Source of the DNA: Salpingoeca rosetta
Lineage: Eukaryota > Protista > Choanoflagellata
DNA length: 64,000 nucleotides
Direction: 5' to 3'
Assembly (NCBI GenBank): GCA_033442325.1
Contig: JAWQFM010000029.1
Span: forward strand, 586,847 to 650,846
Positions within the stretch are counted from its first letter, which is position 1. Each line of letters opens with the position of its first letter. Below are positions 26,162 through 37,852 of this stretch, in pieces. A program made the position numbers and the translations under genes. The notes below the pieces were generated by a model. It was not told the DNA's origin, made no database searches, and was given only the letters and a program-made list of their open reading frames with translations.

Positions 26162-26163
<2 letters not shown>
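24322..26163 (-). CDS. Intronless type II membrane protein with about 22-aa receptor-L-domain/LRR-like beta-solenoid repeats (paralog A)
   Basis: Long ORF; likely start MPLQRVN at 26163; TM ILLAVVVVLAVAVAIAVPLVVI after basic residues; repeats like LTSVDFGALTSVGGRL; Cys caps ENCCCE and NCRGLGSC...NCPAAC. Confidence 0.85.
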
Positions 26164-26209
<46 letters not shown>

Positions 26210-26642
26210 CGTGTGTGTTCGTGCGTGTGTGCTTGAATGAGGGTCGTGTACTGGTTGTTTTCTGCAACACTCAGTGGAACTGCTCTCTTGTAAATGACAA
26301 GCTCCAATCCAACGATCCACGTGCCATCACCATCCATTCGCAAAAAGTGCGGCCTCAGTGAAAGTGATGAGTCATCATGCCTTCCAGCTCCAATCATCAA
26401 CGCTCATCCTGACACGAAAGGACGAAAGGACAGTTGCCTGAGTTGCGTCCAGTGCTGCTGCACTGCTGCTCTGCTGGTGACTCACTGCTCCAATAGTCAG
26501 TCTAGAACGGTGCACTCAGCTCACACTCACATCAACTCACACTCGGGGGGCACAAGAAGAAGAAGTACAATGACGCAACCGAAAGTAACGAAGCAAAGAA
26601 GGAAGAACAGACGAGCAGGCAGGCAGGCAGGCAGGCAGGCAG

Positions 26643-26673
<31 letters not shown>

Positions 26674-26769
26674 CACGTACGCACACGTACGCAGAAGCAT
26701 AGCAGACACAGAAGCAAACACACACACACACACACACTCACTCACTCTCTCTCAACCCACTCAACCCAC

Positions 26770-28605
26770 TCAGCAGGCCGCTGGGCAGTTGGTGGTGGTG
26801 ACTCCACCAGGGACATAGATGCAGGAGGCAAGACCACGGCAGTTGACGCTGTTGAGGTCAAAGTTGTTGGCAAGATCAAGCTCCCCATTGAAGCTCGTCA
26901 CGCCATCAAGGTCAAACGTGGTGAAGTTGGCATAGAAGAACCGCAGGGAGCCGCCAATGCTTGTCAGGGTGTCAAAGTCGAAGCTGGTGAGACGGTCGTT
27001 GTAGGAAAAGTCGATGGTGCCCCCCACACTCTGCATGTTGGCCAGGTTGATGCTGGTGATGCTGGTGTTGGTGAAGCTGAGATCACGGCCGACAGACTGC
27101 AAGCTGCCGAAGCTGATGCTGGTGATGGCCGGGTTGCCGTTTGTCTCAACGTCGAGACCAATGGTCTGGATGTTGCCAAAGTCAACGCTGGTGAGCGCGT
27201 TGGCCCTCAAATCCACACTGCCGCCCACGGCGGTGAGGCTGCCAAAGTTGATGCTGGTAAGGGCGTTGGCCGACAAGTCGAGGTTGTACACGACAGACGT
27301 GAGGCCACCGAGGTCAACGGTCGTCAGGCTGCAGCGGGCGAGGCTTAGCTGCCCGCCAATGCTGGTGAGAGCACCCAGCGACACGCTCGTGAGCATGCTG
27401 TTCTCGATTGTCACGCTGCCGGCCACTGTGGCGATGGAGGCAAAGTCAAGCGTCTCCACCGCCGTGCTGACCATGGTGAGATCGCCGCCGACGCTCGTCA
27501 GCGCACCAAAGTCGACGCTGGTCACGGAGTCAGTGCTCATGGTGAGAGAGCCACCGATGCTGGCCATGGAGGCAAGGTCAATGCTGGTGAGGTTGGTGGA
27601 GTCGAGGTACAGGTAATCGCCGATGGCGGCAAGGGCGCCAAAGTCCACGCTGGTGAGGCTGCTGGAATAGCGCAGGTCAAGGCTGCCCGTGATGTCCGTG
27701 ACACTGGAAAAGTCGAGGGATGCGAGCGACGTGTTGGTGAGCACGATGAAGGCATCGATGACGCTGATGTCACCAAACCCAACAGACTGAAGAGGGTTGC
27801 GCGCGTCGCCGGTGTCCGTGGCGGTGAAGTAGCTGCCCAGTCGCGTGTTGCGGCCAAAGTCGATGGCGGTGATCTGGCTGTTGTCCAAGGCCACGCTCTT
27901 CACCGTGCCGTCGGTGAGGCCCCAGATGTTTGGCCCCACGTAAATGGTGTCGTCGCCGACGTGGGTGAGGTTGGAGAAGGAGAAGGACGTCAGCGGGTTC
28001 CCGCTCACGTTCAGGCTGACGCCGACAGTGGAGAAGTTGCCAAAGTCAATCGCGGAGAGGCTGTTGTCGTTGAGGAGCATGAAACCACCAACACTCGTGA
28101 GGGCCCCAAAGCGGATGCTGCTGATGCTGTTGCTGCGCAGATCGAGGATGGCTTCAATCTTTGTCAGGGCGTTGCCAAAGTCCACGGCGATGAGCTGTCC
28201 GTTGCTGCCTTCGAGGGCGCCGATGTAGGAGACGTTGGCGTCCGTGAGGTCGAAGGAGGTGAGGGAGGCGGCGAGCTTGACGGAGCCCTCCACGCGCTGT
28301 AGCTGCTTGAACTCCTCGCAACAGCAGTTCTCGACGGTGATGACCTCGGTGATGGCATTCTTGAGGATGGAGGCGCGGGAGTCTGGGTCGGCGCAGTCAA
28401 GTGTGCCATGTTTGGACGACGAGCTCTGGCTCGTCACCACGGCGATCGGCACGACGACAACTGCCACAATTGCCAAGGACACGAGGATGGCGAGGGCAAG
28501 CTTCATGCCAGAGATGCCACCGGCACTGCCGCCGCCGGCGTGCGCGCTGCGACCTGTCTCCTTCATCTCCATCAGCTCCGAGGAGGAGCTCGAGTGCTGC
28601 GCCAT
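26770..28605 (-). CDS. Intronless type II membrane protein with about 22-aa L-domain/LRR-like repeats (paralog B, tandem duplicate)
   Basis: Likely start MAQHSSSS at 28605; TM LALAILVSLAIVAVVVVPIAVV; colinear with paralog A, same caps and identical C-terminus GVTTTNCPAAC. Confidence 0.85.
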   Translation of the reverse strand: MAQHSSSSSELMEMKETGRSAHAGGGSAGGISGMKLALAILVSLAIVAVVVVPIAVVTSQSSSSKHGTLDCADPDSRASILKNAITEVITVENCCCEEFKQLQRVEGSVKLAASLTSFDLTDANVSYIGALEGSNGQLIAVDFGNALTKIEAILDLRSNSISSIRFGALTSVGGFMLLNDNSLSAIDFGNFSTVGVSLNVSGNPLTSFSFSNLTHVGDDTIYVGPNIWGLTDGTVKSVALDNSQITAIDFGRNTRLGSYFTATDTGDARNPLQSVGFGDISVIDAFIVLTNTSLASLDFSSVTDITGSLDLRYSSSLTSVDFGALAAIGDYLYLDSTNLTSIDLASMASIGGSLTMSTDSVTSVDFGALTSVGGDLTMVSTAVETLDFASIATVAGSVTIENSMLTSVSLGALTSIGGQLSLARCSLTTVDLGGLTSVVYNLDLSANALTSINFGSLTAVGGSVDLRANALTSVDFGNIQTIGLDVETNGNPAITSISFGSLQSVGRDLSFTNTSITSINLANMQSVGGTIDFSYNDRLTSFDFDTLTSIGGSLRFFYANFTTFDLDGVTSFNGELDLANNFDLNSVNCRGLASCIYVPGGVTTTNCPAAC

Positions 28606-29304
28606 GCTGGGTTGCTTGGGTTGATGGGGTTGGTGGATTTGGGGCTTGGGGGAGGGGGGGGCGAGCAGAGCCCGAGGAGAACTACAAATGAACGAGAAGC
28701 GGATATGATGGGTGAGTGATGGGTGGTAGTGGGGAAAATGAAAGGAAGGAGGAACAACATGGCAAAACAAAAAGGCAAAAACAACAAAGACAAGCGAAAA
28801 CAGCAAGCGAAAGAGCGAAAAGAGGAGCACATGCGCGAAGCGCTGAAGCATGTGTTACATGCCGAGCGATGTGAGGATGTTGTTGTTTGCTGGTTTGAGG
28901 GCGTGGCCGGTTGCGTCGGCAAACAACAGCAGTCAAAACCGTTTTGAGGTTTTGGTGGGCCAAAGCAGTGGCGAAGAGAACATACACGATCGATCTTCGA
29001 GGGCGCGTTGTGGCGTGGGTGTGGCGTTTCGGGGTTTTACTGTTTTAGGCAAGCAATTGCGCAATGTGCTTGGACGTTTGTGGCAGTTGCGCAACGTGCA
29101 ATGAGCGCCTGCAATTTGCAACGGCAAGGCTGACAGTGATGACTCATGCGTGCATTTCGTCAAGAGGAAAAAGGCGGAAGAGAGGGAAGAGCACGCGCAG
29201 CAGTGGAAAGCACCATTCACTGTTGCTGGCAAGAAGAGTGCACCGCTAACCAACCGCCTGCACTGCTGACTGTGAAACCAAACAAGCAAAGAGAAGAAGC
29301 AAAG

Positions 29305-30748
29305 ATGCTGCGGTTCCTTGCTGTTGCTCTCGCCTTTGCGGCTGTCGCCGTGTCAGGTGAGGAGGAGGAAGGGGGCTTGTTGACATGGTTCACTGTATTC
29401 CCTTCGTGTCTCGCTCTTACTGTTTGTGGCACACACACACACACACACACACACTGTGACGACACGCACATGCTCACGCACTCACACACAAACACACACA
29501 AACTGACCCACACTCACACATGTTCAAGCACACGCTCACACATGTTCAAGTACACGCTCACACATGTTCATTCACACACACACACACACATGTACACTGT
29601 GCCTGCCTGTAGCTCTGCCTGTGGAAGAGCAGACGGAGGGTGGCGTGACGACGCCCATCCCAACCGGCAACTTTGTCGGCAACGTGGCCATTGTGCCGTA
29701 CACCCGCAAGTCCGGGGGCTACGCGTGCACGACTTGCAGTCCTGTCACCGCCCCTGCTCGCTTCCTCTTCTTCAACAACGCCATGATGCTCAACATCTCC
29801 TACGCCAGCTCCGGCTCCTGCAGCCTCAACACCCAGGGCTACTACTTTTACAGCGTGAGTGTGGCGTGTGTGTAGTTTGTGTGTGTGTGTGTAGTTTGTG
29901 TGTGTGGATGTTTAGTTTGTGCGCATGTGTGTGCACGTGTGCATATTGTGTTTGCATGACGGTGCTTGCAGGCTTGAAGGAAATGTGCTGCTGGCAACCC
30001 TTTCCATCTTCACACGAATAGCACCTACTGCACTCATGCCCTCATGCACTCATGCGCTCATGCACTTCCCCCTCCTACGCGCACACACGCACACACACGC
30101 ACACACACGCGCGCGCGCGCACACACACACACATACACACACCCACGCGCGCGCACACATGCATACGTGCAGCTGGCCCCACATAGCGGTGGCGCGTACC
30201 CATACTACTATGTCGGCCAGGTGCAGGTTGAGAACGCTGTGATCCCCGTGTGCTTCTACTTTGACTACACGGTCGGCAACTTCCGCATTGTCCTCGACGG
30301 CCAGGGCACATGCCCTACCGCCAGCCAGGCTCCCGCCTGCCAGAACGGTGCGTCTCTCTTGTACTTGGGGAGTGGCCGGGGTTGGCGGTCAGAGCGCGGC
30401 GTGTTGGTTTTTATTGCTGTTTGAGGGCGCGTGCTGTTGGTTCTTGTGATGGCGTGTGGTCGTCACGGGGTAGCTTGTGCAGGCCGCACATTCTTCAAGA
30501 AGATGCACCCCTCTGGCTCCGTGTGTCCATCTGGAGCTCACACGGGCAAACACAACAACGTCTAACGCTCGCGCTTGTGCCATTGTTCGTGCGATTGTCC
30601 ATGTGCTGCTGTTCAGGGTGGACCCCCGGCACCGTCACGCAGAGCTGGAGCGGCTCCTTCACATCGTCCAGTGAGTGGCGGCTTGCTTGTGGTGGTGGGG
30701 GCGCGGGCGGTTGGTGATAGTGGCTTGGGGAGCGGTTAGTGTCACCCA

Positions 30749-30841
<93 letters not shown>

Positions 30842-31259
30842 GGCCTGCCCTCTGGCGACTTCTTTGGCAACATTGCCATTGTTCCGTACACGAAGAAATC
30901 TGGCGGCAAGTACACGTGCACCACGTGCGCCCCCGTGACCTCCAAGGCCACCGCCACATGGAACGGCGACCAGTTTTCCCTCTACATCAGGGGTAGGTGT
31001 AAGCTTGGGGGGGGGCAGGGGCAGGCGGAAGAGAATCGGGTGTGCACGATTTTGGGGGTATCTACTCTTGTTGACTCGTGAGCACTTGACCATGTGCGTG
31101 CTCTGTGTTATTGACACACATGTCCACGCACACACACACACATACACACACACACACACGCACGCACACACAGGCGCGTCGTCGGGCGGGTGCAGCCTGA
31201 ACCTGTCTGGGTCATTCGTTTACTTGTTCACTCGACATTTACACACGTGCGTGCCCTGA
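29305..31259 (+). CDS. Secreted protein of unknown family with an internal duplication
   Basis: Signal MLRFLAVALAFAAVAVSA. Repeat 1 PTGNFVGNVAIVPYTRKSGGYACTTCSPVTAPA...SGSCSLN; repeat 2 PSGDFFGNIAIVPYTKKSGGKYTCTTCAPVTSKA...SGGCSLN. About 6 exons; 3' end uncertain. Confidence 0.7.
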
Positions 31260-31350
31260 GGTAACACCACACACGAATCACGTGTAACGAATCATGCGCC
31301 AAAGCCACACCCGACCAGGTGACAAACGCCAACGATAACGCTCTTGCCAT

Positions 31351-31439
<89 letters not shown>

Positions 31440-31536
31440 AACAAACAAACAAACAACACATACACCACCACCACCTGAAATTTGCTTCCCCGTATCTCTC
31501 CCCGCTCCTCTCCCAGTCTCTGTTTCGACGTCCTAT

Positions 31537-32951
31537 CTATTCGCCGTAGTCGTATGTGAGCCCCGTGCCCTTGAGCCGCTCGTCGCAGTACCGCGTGAAG
31601 ATTTCGTTCTGCCGAACGGTGAACACGTCCTTCCAGTTGCCCTTGCCGCCGCGTCGGAGGTGCTGCGCGTCACCCTGCTCCGTCGCGTGCTCGCTCGCCG
31701 TGATCCACTTGCAGTCGGCCAGCGGGTTCTTCTTCATTGAGTCGAGCGTCGACATGCGTGCAACTTCCGCCACCGTCTCATCTGACACGTCCTTGCCCAT
31801 AAAGTCCGCAATCTTGCGCACGGAGCCGGGCATGTCGGCAATGATGTCCTCGTAATGCAACCACAGCGCACGTGGCACCTGTCCGCTCTTGTACCGCTCC
31901 CACCACGGCAGGTGCCAGTCGAAGAAGTTGTTCGACTCGATCGTGTTCTGCATAATCTGTTGCGATGTGTTGTTGGGGAGAGAAGGGGAGGGAGAGAAGG
32001 GGAGGGAGAGAAGGGGAGGAGAGGTATTGTGAGGCCTGAGATGAGGAACAAGTGACTTAGAAGGACAGGGGTCACAAGTGAGACGCACTGTCGCGCTTCA
32101 CAAAGACAGACATTCACACAGACAGACACACACACACACACACACACACACATGGCGCCCACGCCGTGGTGGCACATGGATTCTTCCCTTCTTTCATTCA
32201 CTCATACATACACAAAACAACTCCATCCAACCTTGTTGTAGAAGAAGTCATCCCATGAACCGGCGAACGACCACGTCTTCTTGTTCTTCATGTGGTGGTA
32301 CATCGACACCATCGTGTCCTTTGGGTTGCGTGTCACAAAGATCATCCTGCACGGGAAGGGATGAGAGCGGAACAGTGACAATGCCAGCAATGCCAGCAAG
32401 GGCGAGAATCCGACACACACACGCACACACACGCACACTCATACATGTATATGCACGCACACCCACACACACCCACACCCACACACACACACACACACCC
32501 CCCCCCCACACACACACACACTCATACATGTATATGCACGCACATCCCCCCCCCACACACACACACCCACACGCGCATGCACACACACTTTGGTTTGCGC
32601 CAGTCTCCTGGGAAAAGGTGCGGGGAAGCGTGGGACTTGAAACAGCGCAGTTTGCGTTCCTTGAGGCCCTCCAGCGTGTAGGTGCCGTTGCAGTAAGACG
32701 CCTCCAGCCACGGCACGCCAGCCATCATGTGATGGTCTGGCTGCTCGCCTTCATGGTTCAGCAAGTGCACAATCTGCTGCGTCACCGTCGTGCCGCACTG
32801 TACGTGTGTGTGTGTGTGTGTGTGTGTGTGTTGAGTGGATTGAGGACAAGACAACGCGAGTGCGAGGCGGTAGCCAGGAAGCTTAGTGAGGAGATGGCAC
32901 AAGGACCGCGAGCTGCTGCATCCCACCACCAATCGCAATCACACACGCACA

Positions 32952-33006
<55 letters not shown>

Positions 33007-33124
33007 TTGGGAACGTGAGGATGAACAGGTCATCTTCGGTCACAATGTCTGCATCCTTGAGCTCATTCACACCTTTCTGCGTGATGAAGCTGGGGTACAA
33101 CACCCCGCCATCCATCATCGACAT
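31537..33124 (-). CDS. Cytosolic sulfotransferase (SULT / Sulfotransfer_1 family)
   Basis: 5'-PSB loop TFPK|CGTT, VPWLE, catalytic KSH, 3'-PB RNPKDTMVS, LHYED, RRGGKGNWK. Four exons; the start may lie further upstream. Confidence 0.92.
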
Positions 33125-33312
33125 CGTGCCTGCTCTGTGTCGTTTCCACTGGCTGGCGCCGAGCTTGCTCCACAATCACTGTTTGGCTCGAAAATAAGAG
33201 TAAGACTTTCAATAATCGTCCACAACCGCAAGAAGTGCCGCAAACAGCTCATCATAGACAAACAAACACACGCAGGCACACGCACTGGCTGCGATCGAAG
33301 AGGAGGAGAACG

Positions 33313-34539
33313 ATGGGATGCCTGCAGGCACGAGGGATGGTGTTGCTGTTCCCCTCACTGCTGATATTGATGGCGATGCCATCCATGCGCAACAGCGTTC
33401 TGGGAGAGGTGGTACTGGAGGAGGACGATGCGGGCGCGTTTCACATCAACACCACTGATCCAATGAGCCAGCCCGTGTTTTTGAATGGCGTCAATGTGCA
33501 CGAGATGCTCAGCACGCTGATGAGTACTGTGTCGGAGCAGCAGAGCGCGATCGATCGCGTCTTTGGCAGCAAGGTGTGCACCCTGAGCGCTCAGACGTTT
33601 GGGCAACTCGGCTTCACGACAAACAAATGGCTTGGCGGCGTTCTCGCCACCAACGGGCTGATCTACGCCGCACCATCCAAATCACCCTCTGTGCTCATCA
33701 TCAACCCCAGCACAAACACCGTCGACATCACCACAATCCCAGGACTGGGAACAGACAACGGCAAGTGGGCGGGTGCGGTACTGGCACACAACGGCCTCAT
33801 TTACATGTTCCCATCCAACAGGGACACAATGCTCATCGTCGACCCGAATACCAACACCATTGACACATCAAGCATCGACTCCCTTGGATCCGGCAACTCC
33901 AAGTGGAAAAGTGGCGTGGCAGCCAGCAACGGTCTCATCTTTGGCATCCCATCTTCTGCCACGTCTGTACTGATCGTTGACCCTGAAACGAACACAGCCG
34001 ACATTACCACGCTGTCCGGACTGTTGAGCCAAGACTACAAGTGGTACGACGGCGTGCAGGCAGAAAACGGCCTCATCTACTGCATTCCTGCCATGGCTTC
34101 CGCCGTCCTCACCATCAATCCCGAGTCCCTCACGATGGACCTGACCACCATCAGTGGCCTTGGCACGGGTTTTAAGTGGCTTGGCGGCGTGCTTTCACGC
34201 AGCGGTCTTATCTACAGCATCCCGGCTCACTCAGCGACGACACTCGTCATCAACCCAGTCACAAACACCACCAACGAGCTGCCTGTCGTTGAGGTCACCA
34301 ACTTTCCGAAATGGGTCGGCGGTGTGCTCGCACCCAATGGCAACATCATTGGCATCCCATACAGCTCTTCGGCAGTTATCGTTGTCAACCCACCCACCAA
34401 CATCACCGACACCAGAATCATCAACGACCTTGCTGGATCCTCCTTCAAGTGGTGGCATGGCGTGCTTGCCAACGATGGTCTCATCTACGGTATTCCATAC
34501 AATGCGGATTCCGTCCTTGTCATTGACCCGGGGTGCTGA
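33313..34539 (+). CDS. Intronless secreted beta-propeller protein (7 repeats) with N-terminal beta-strand/coiled-coil module
   Basis: Signal-like N-terminus; seven about 45-aa repeats with consensus KW-x-G-G-V-L-A-x-NGLIY-x-IP-x(5)-VLI[I/V][N/D]P-x-T-N-T. Confidence 0.88.
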   Translation: MGCLQARGMVLLFPSLLILMAMPSMRNSVLGEVVLEEDDAGAFHINTTDPMSQPVFLNGVNVHEMLSTLMSTVSEQQSAIDRVFGSKVCTLSAQTFGQLGFTTNKWLGGVLATNGLIYAAPSKSPSVLIINPSTNTVDITTIPGLGTDNGKWAGAVLAHNGLIYMFPSNRDTMLIVDPNTNTIDTSSIDSLGSGNSKWKSGVAASNGLIFGIPSSATSVLIVDPETNTADITTLSGLLSQDYKWYDGVQAENGLIYCIPAMASAVLTINPESLTMDLTTISGLGTGFKWLGGVLSRSGLIYSIPAHSATTLVINPVTNTTNELPVVEVTNFPKWVGGVLAPNGNIIGIPYSSSAVIVVNPPTNITDTRIINDLAGSSFKWWHGVLANDGLIYGIPYNADSVLVIDPGC

Positions 34540-34584
34540 GGTACAGCGACGTGTGTGTGTGCGTGCGTGCGTGCGTGTGCGTGC

Positions 34585-34658
<74 letters not shown>

Positions 34659-34662
34659 TGGG

Positions 34663-34694
<32 letters not shown>

Positions 34695-35135
34695 CGTGTG
34701 TGTGCGTGCGTGTGTGTGCGTGCTTCCCTTCTGTTGCTGCTCCCTTTTCCCTTCTTTGGCTATGCGCTGTTTGTTTGTGTGGGCTTGTTAGCTCTAGAAG
34801 ATACACAGTTGCTTCCTAGATTCCGCCGTCACCTGAACCTTTTGGTGTGAGGGATGACTGCTACTTTTTACATCAAGAGGACTGAGTCTTTGAGTGCTGA
34901 GGATCAGGAGCGCAGGAGCGCGGAGGCGAACGCTGAGGGCGCTTCCCTCTTGTCATGCCCCTCCTAACTCTCACAACGGTGGCACATCGATAGTTCACTG
35001 GTGTGCGCGTGAATCTTCTAATCTTCCACACGAAACATAAACAACTCCTCTCTCAGCTTCGTCCTGCAGTTTCCCTCTCTCCCTGACTTTCTTGTGTTCT
35101 CCTTAACCTCGACGCTCTGACTCTCCGACAGGGTG

Positions 35136-37185
35136 ATGGATGCGCGGCGGGTGTTTGTTTTGTGGGCCACCGTGGCCACCATGATCATGCTTGAGCTTGG
35201 GTTTGTACGCGGCCAACGGTCGGAACCTGCTAACACCACGGCAAGTGATTTCGGGGACGCGTTGATTTTGACGGACGACCAGGGCAACCTGCAGCTGCAA
35301 AGCGGTGCAAACGGGAGCGTTTTGATTGGCGAGGTGGACTTCAACGAAGTCGTGGCTCAAGTGCAGGCCCTGCAACGTGAGCTGGCGGCAACCCGAGCCT
35401 GCACTGCGCAGGGGAAGGTGAGCATGGAGCAGCATTCTGAGCAATCTATGTTTGTTCTTTGTTTCTGCAATGAGTACGAGTGCACCCTTTCAGAGAAGCA
35501 GAGAGGCTCCTTGTAAGTCACCATCTCGAACGCCAGGGGAGGCTTCTCATTCATGTTCATGAATGCACGGCAGATCCTGGTCGGAGATACATGCGTGCCC
35601 CCAGGCTTGGGTCAGCATGCGTTCTCCCCTGCTTCCAGCTGCCAACAGGTACGTCTGCTCATTCAGAACCTCCAGGCTTCCAGGCTTGTTGGCAAGCGTT
35701 TAAAGCAGACGAGCAGGGTGGCACGGTTTGATGCGTCCTAATTCACACGAATGTGCATGTCTGTCTCTAATCGCAGTTGAAAGAGCTCGGATTGCCAACG
35801 AATGTGTATTTCACTGGAACATCAGCGCCAGCGTCGCAAGTATTCTGTGACATGAGCACAACACCAGCCACGAGCAACGGCAGCGGTGACTCAAGTGAAG
35901 CCCCTGCTCGGTCGTGTAAAGCCGTGAAAACATTGTGAGTTGCTGTAGTGCTGTCAAGGGGCTGAAAGAGGTCGCTGCCCTACCAACACCACATAGTGAA
36001 GGGAGGATTAGGTTTGTTCAGTTTTCGATCCGCAAGGATGTCACCGCATGTCACACCTTGCCATGGCCTATCGCGTGTTAAGTTTCCCAGCTTCTGCAAA
36101 TGGAACAAAATGGATATCAAGAAACGGTTCTGAACCTTTCAAAGTGTGTGCAGGCGATATTGTTCATTCTCTGCTTGAATATGCCGACCCTTTTAGTCTT
36201 TTGCCTTTCTAACCACCTTCAGGTGACGTGCAATGACGGTTTTGTTGAGTTGGAGGTGGTTGGAAGTGAGTTCTCATCAACAGGCTGGATATTTTCTGCT
36301 GGGACCTTAAACAACTGGTACAAATGTGATTGTTCGGCAGCAATCAGTCGCTTGCACGTACGTACGGTTGTTTGTTGTGGCTCTCTCAAGCTACTGTCAT
36401 ATTGTGCTCTTGTGGTGTTAACATCGCCTTCCACCGACGAGCGACCGTCAGTGTAACGGCCACAGCAACACTCATTTCAACCCTTGTTTTATTTCTGACA
36501 TGCATCACATCATCTGTTCATCTGTTCATCTGTGCTTCCTCCTTCGCCCAAGGATCGCCAAGGCCAATGGTTTGTGGGTAAAATCCCGTCTGTTGTTGGA
36601 ATGCAACAATGCGGGGAGTTTTTCGACATTTCGTATCGGTCTGGAGGTCTGGTGTTGACACCACAACAAGTCTTGCACGTCTCATCCTTGAGCAAAAGCA
36701 GATCCAATCGCAACTTTGATGTCGGTCTATATAGCGAAATGATGTTCCGTGGTGCGATGTCCGTTGTTGTTGTTGTTTGCTTTGTGCTGCTGTTCTGCAC
36801 ACGCGTCTTCTGTTTTGTTCATGCTATTTTCACCTTTGTTGTTGTTGTTGTTGCTGTTGTTGTTGTTGTTGTTGTTGTTGTGAAGGTGTACACCACATCC
36901 TGCGACGACAATGGACAGGCACCGAGTGGCCATTGGATCGCTGTGGAACAAACTGAAGGACAAGGGAACTTCAAGCTACAAGACTGTTCGAGTGGTGAGG
37001 GGGGTGATCAAAACCAGCCTGCCCCAAACCAACCTCTCACACATGACGAGGGTTGTTGCGATTTCACACTCACCAATGAATTCGATTCCTTCCCTTTCCC
37101 TCTTCGCGCGTGCGCCTCCATCAATACCGGCGGTGGTGTTGCCCTTACCTTCAGCTCGCGCACCCTCCGCATTCAGGAGGGATGA
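35136..37185 (+). CDS. Secreted protein: signal peptide, beta/coiled-coil module, two fibrinogen/COLFI-N-like motifs, Cys-containing C-terminal domain
   Basis: Hand-spliced: MDARRVFVLWATVATMIMLELGFVRG...ACTAQGK|ILVGDTCVPPGLGQHAFSPASSCQQ|LKELGLPTNVYF...QVFCDMSTTP...PARSCKAVKTL|FPASANGTKWISRNGSEPFK|VTCNDG...RTLRIQEG*. Some junctions are tentative. Confidence 0.65.
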
Positions 37186-37852
37186 GCGACTGAGGGAGAC
37201 ACAAATGCCATTGTTGTCTTTGCTGTGTGCACCTGTGCACAGGTGCACTGTTGCGTTGTGCTCTTGTGACGGCACTGCCCTGCGTTTCCACTCTTCCCTT
37301 GAGCTGCCACTTTTAGAATTAGAAACCACTTAGTCTCTGCATTTGTTATGCTGTTTGATCACCCACGTATGGCCCGAGCTGTCGTGTCGGCACAGAGACA
37401 CGGCAACCTAGTAAAGTCTGTTGCCTGTTGCGATGCAGGCAATCCCACGCCATATCATCGCATTTTCAGCTTCACCGAGTTCTCTTACTTGTTGCTTTGT
37501 TGTTTGTGTTCGTTCCCTTCCTTCTTCCTTTCATTTCCCCCCTTCTTGAGCTCTTCCATTTTCTTGCGTTCACGAAGTAAAAGGTTCAAAGAGGTCCGAA
37601 CAAAGGAACAAGTCAAGAGTCTGGGACTCTGGGACTCTGGGAGTGAACCAAGGAAGCAAGGAACCAGGTCTCTAAGTCTCTAGGTCTGGGTGGAAGGCTA
37701 GGGGAAGGCTGGAAGGAATGAGCGGTGCTGTGCTCTCTGTTTGGCCAGCCACCTCGAACTTTCTCCACACCACTCACCACTTTTCCACATCCACAACAAA
37801 CCAAAACAAACAACAAACCAAAACAACCTTCTTCTCCTTCGCCTTTCCGACC

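Noticed and set aside
24446-28624. Long plus-strand ORFs (e.g. 23731-25152, 25501-26361, 27014-27616)
   Set aside because: Antisense shadows of the GC-rich repeat genes on the minus strand.
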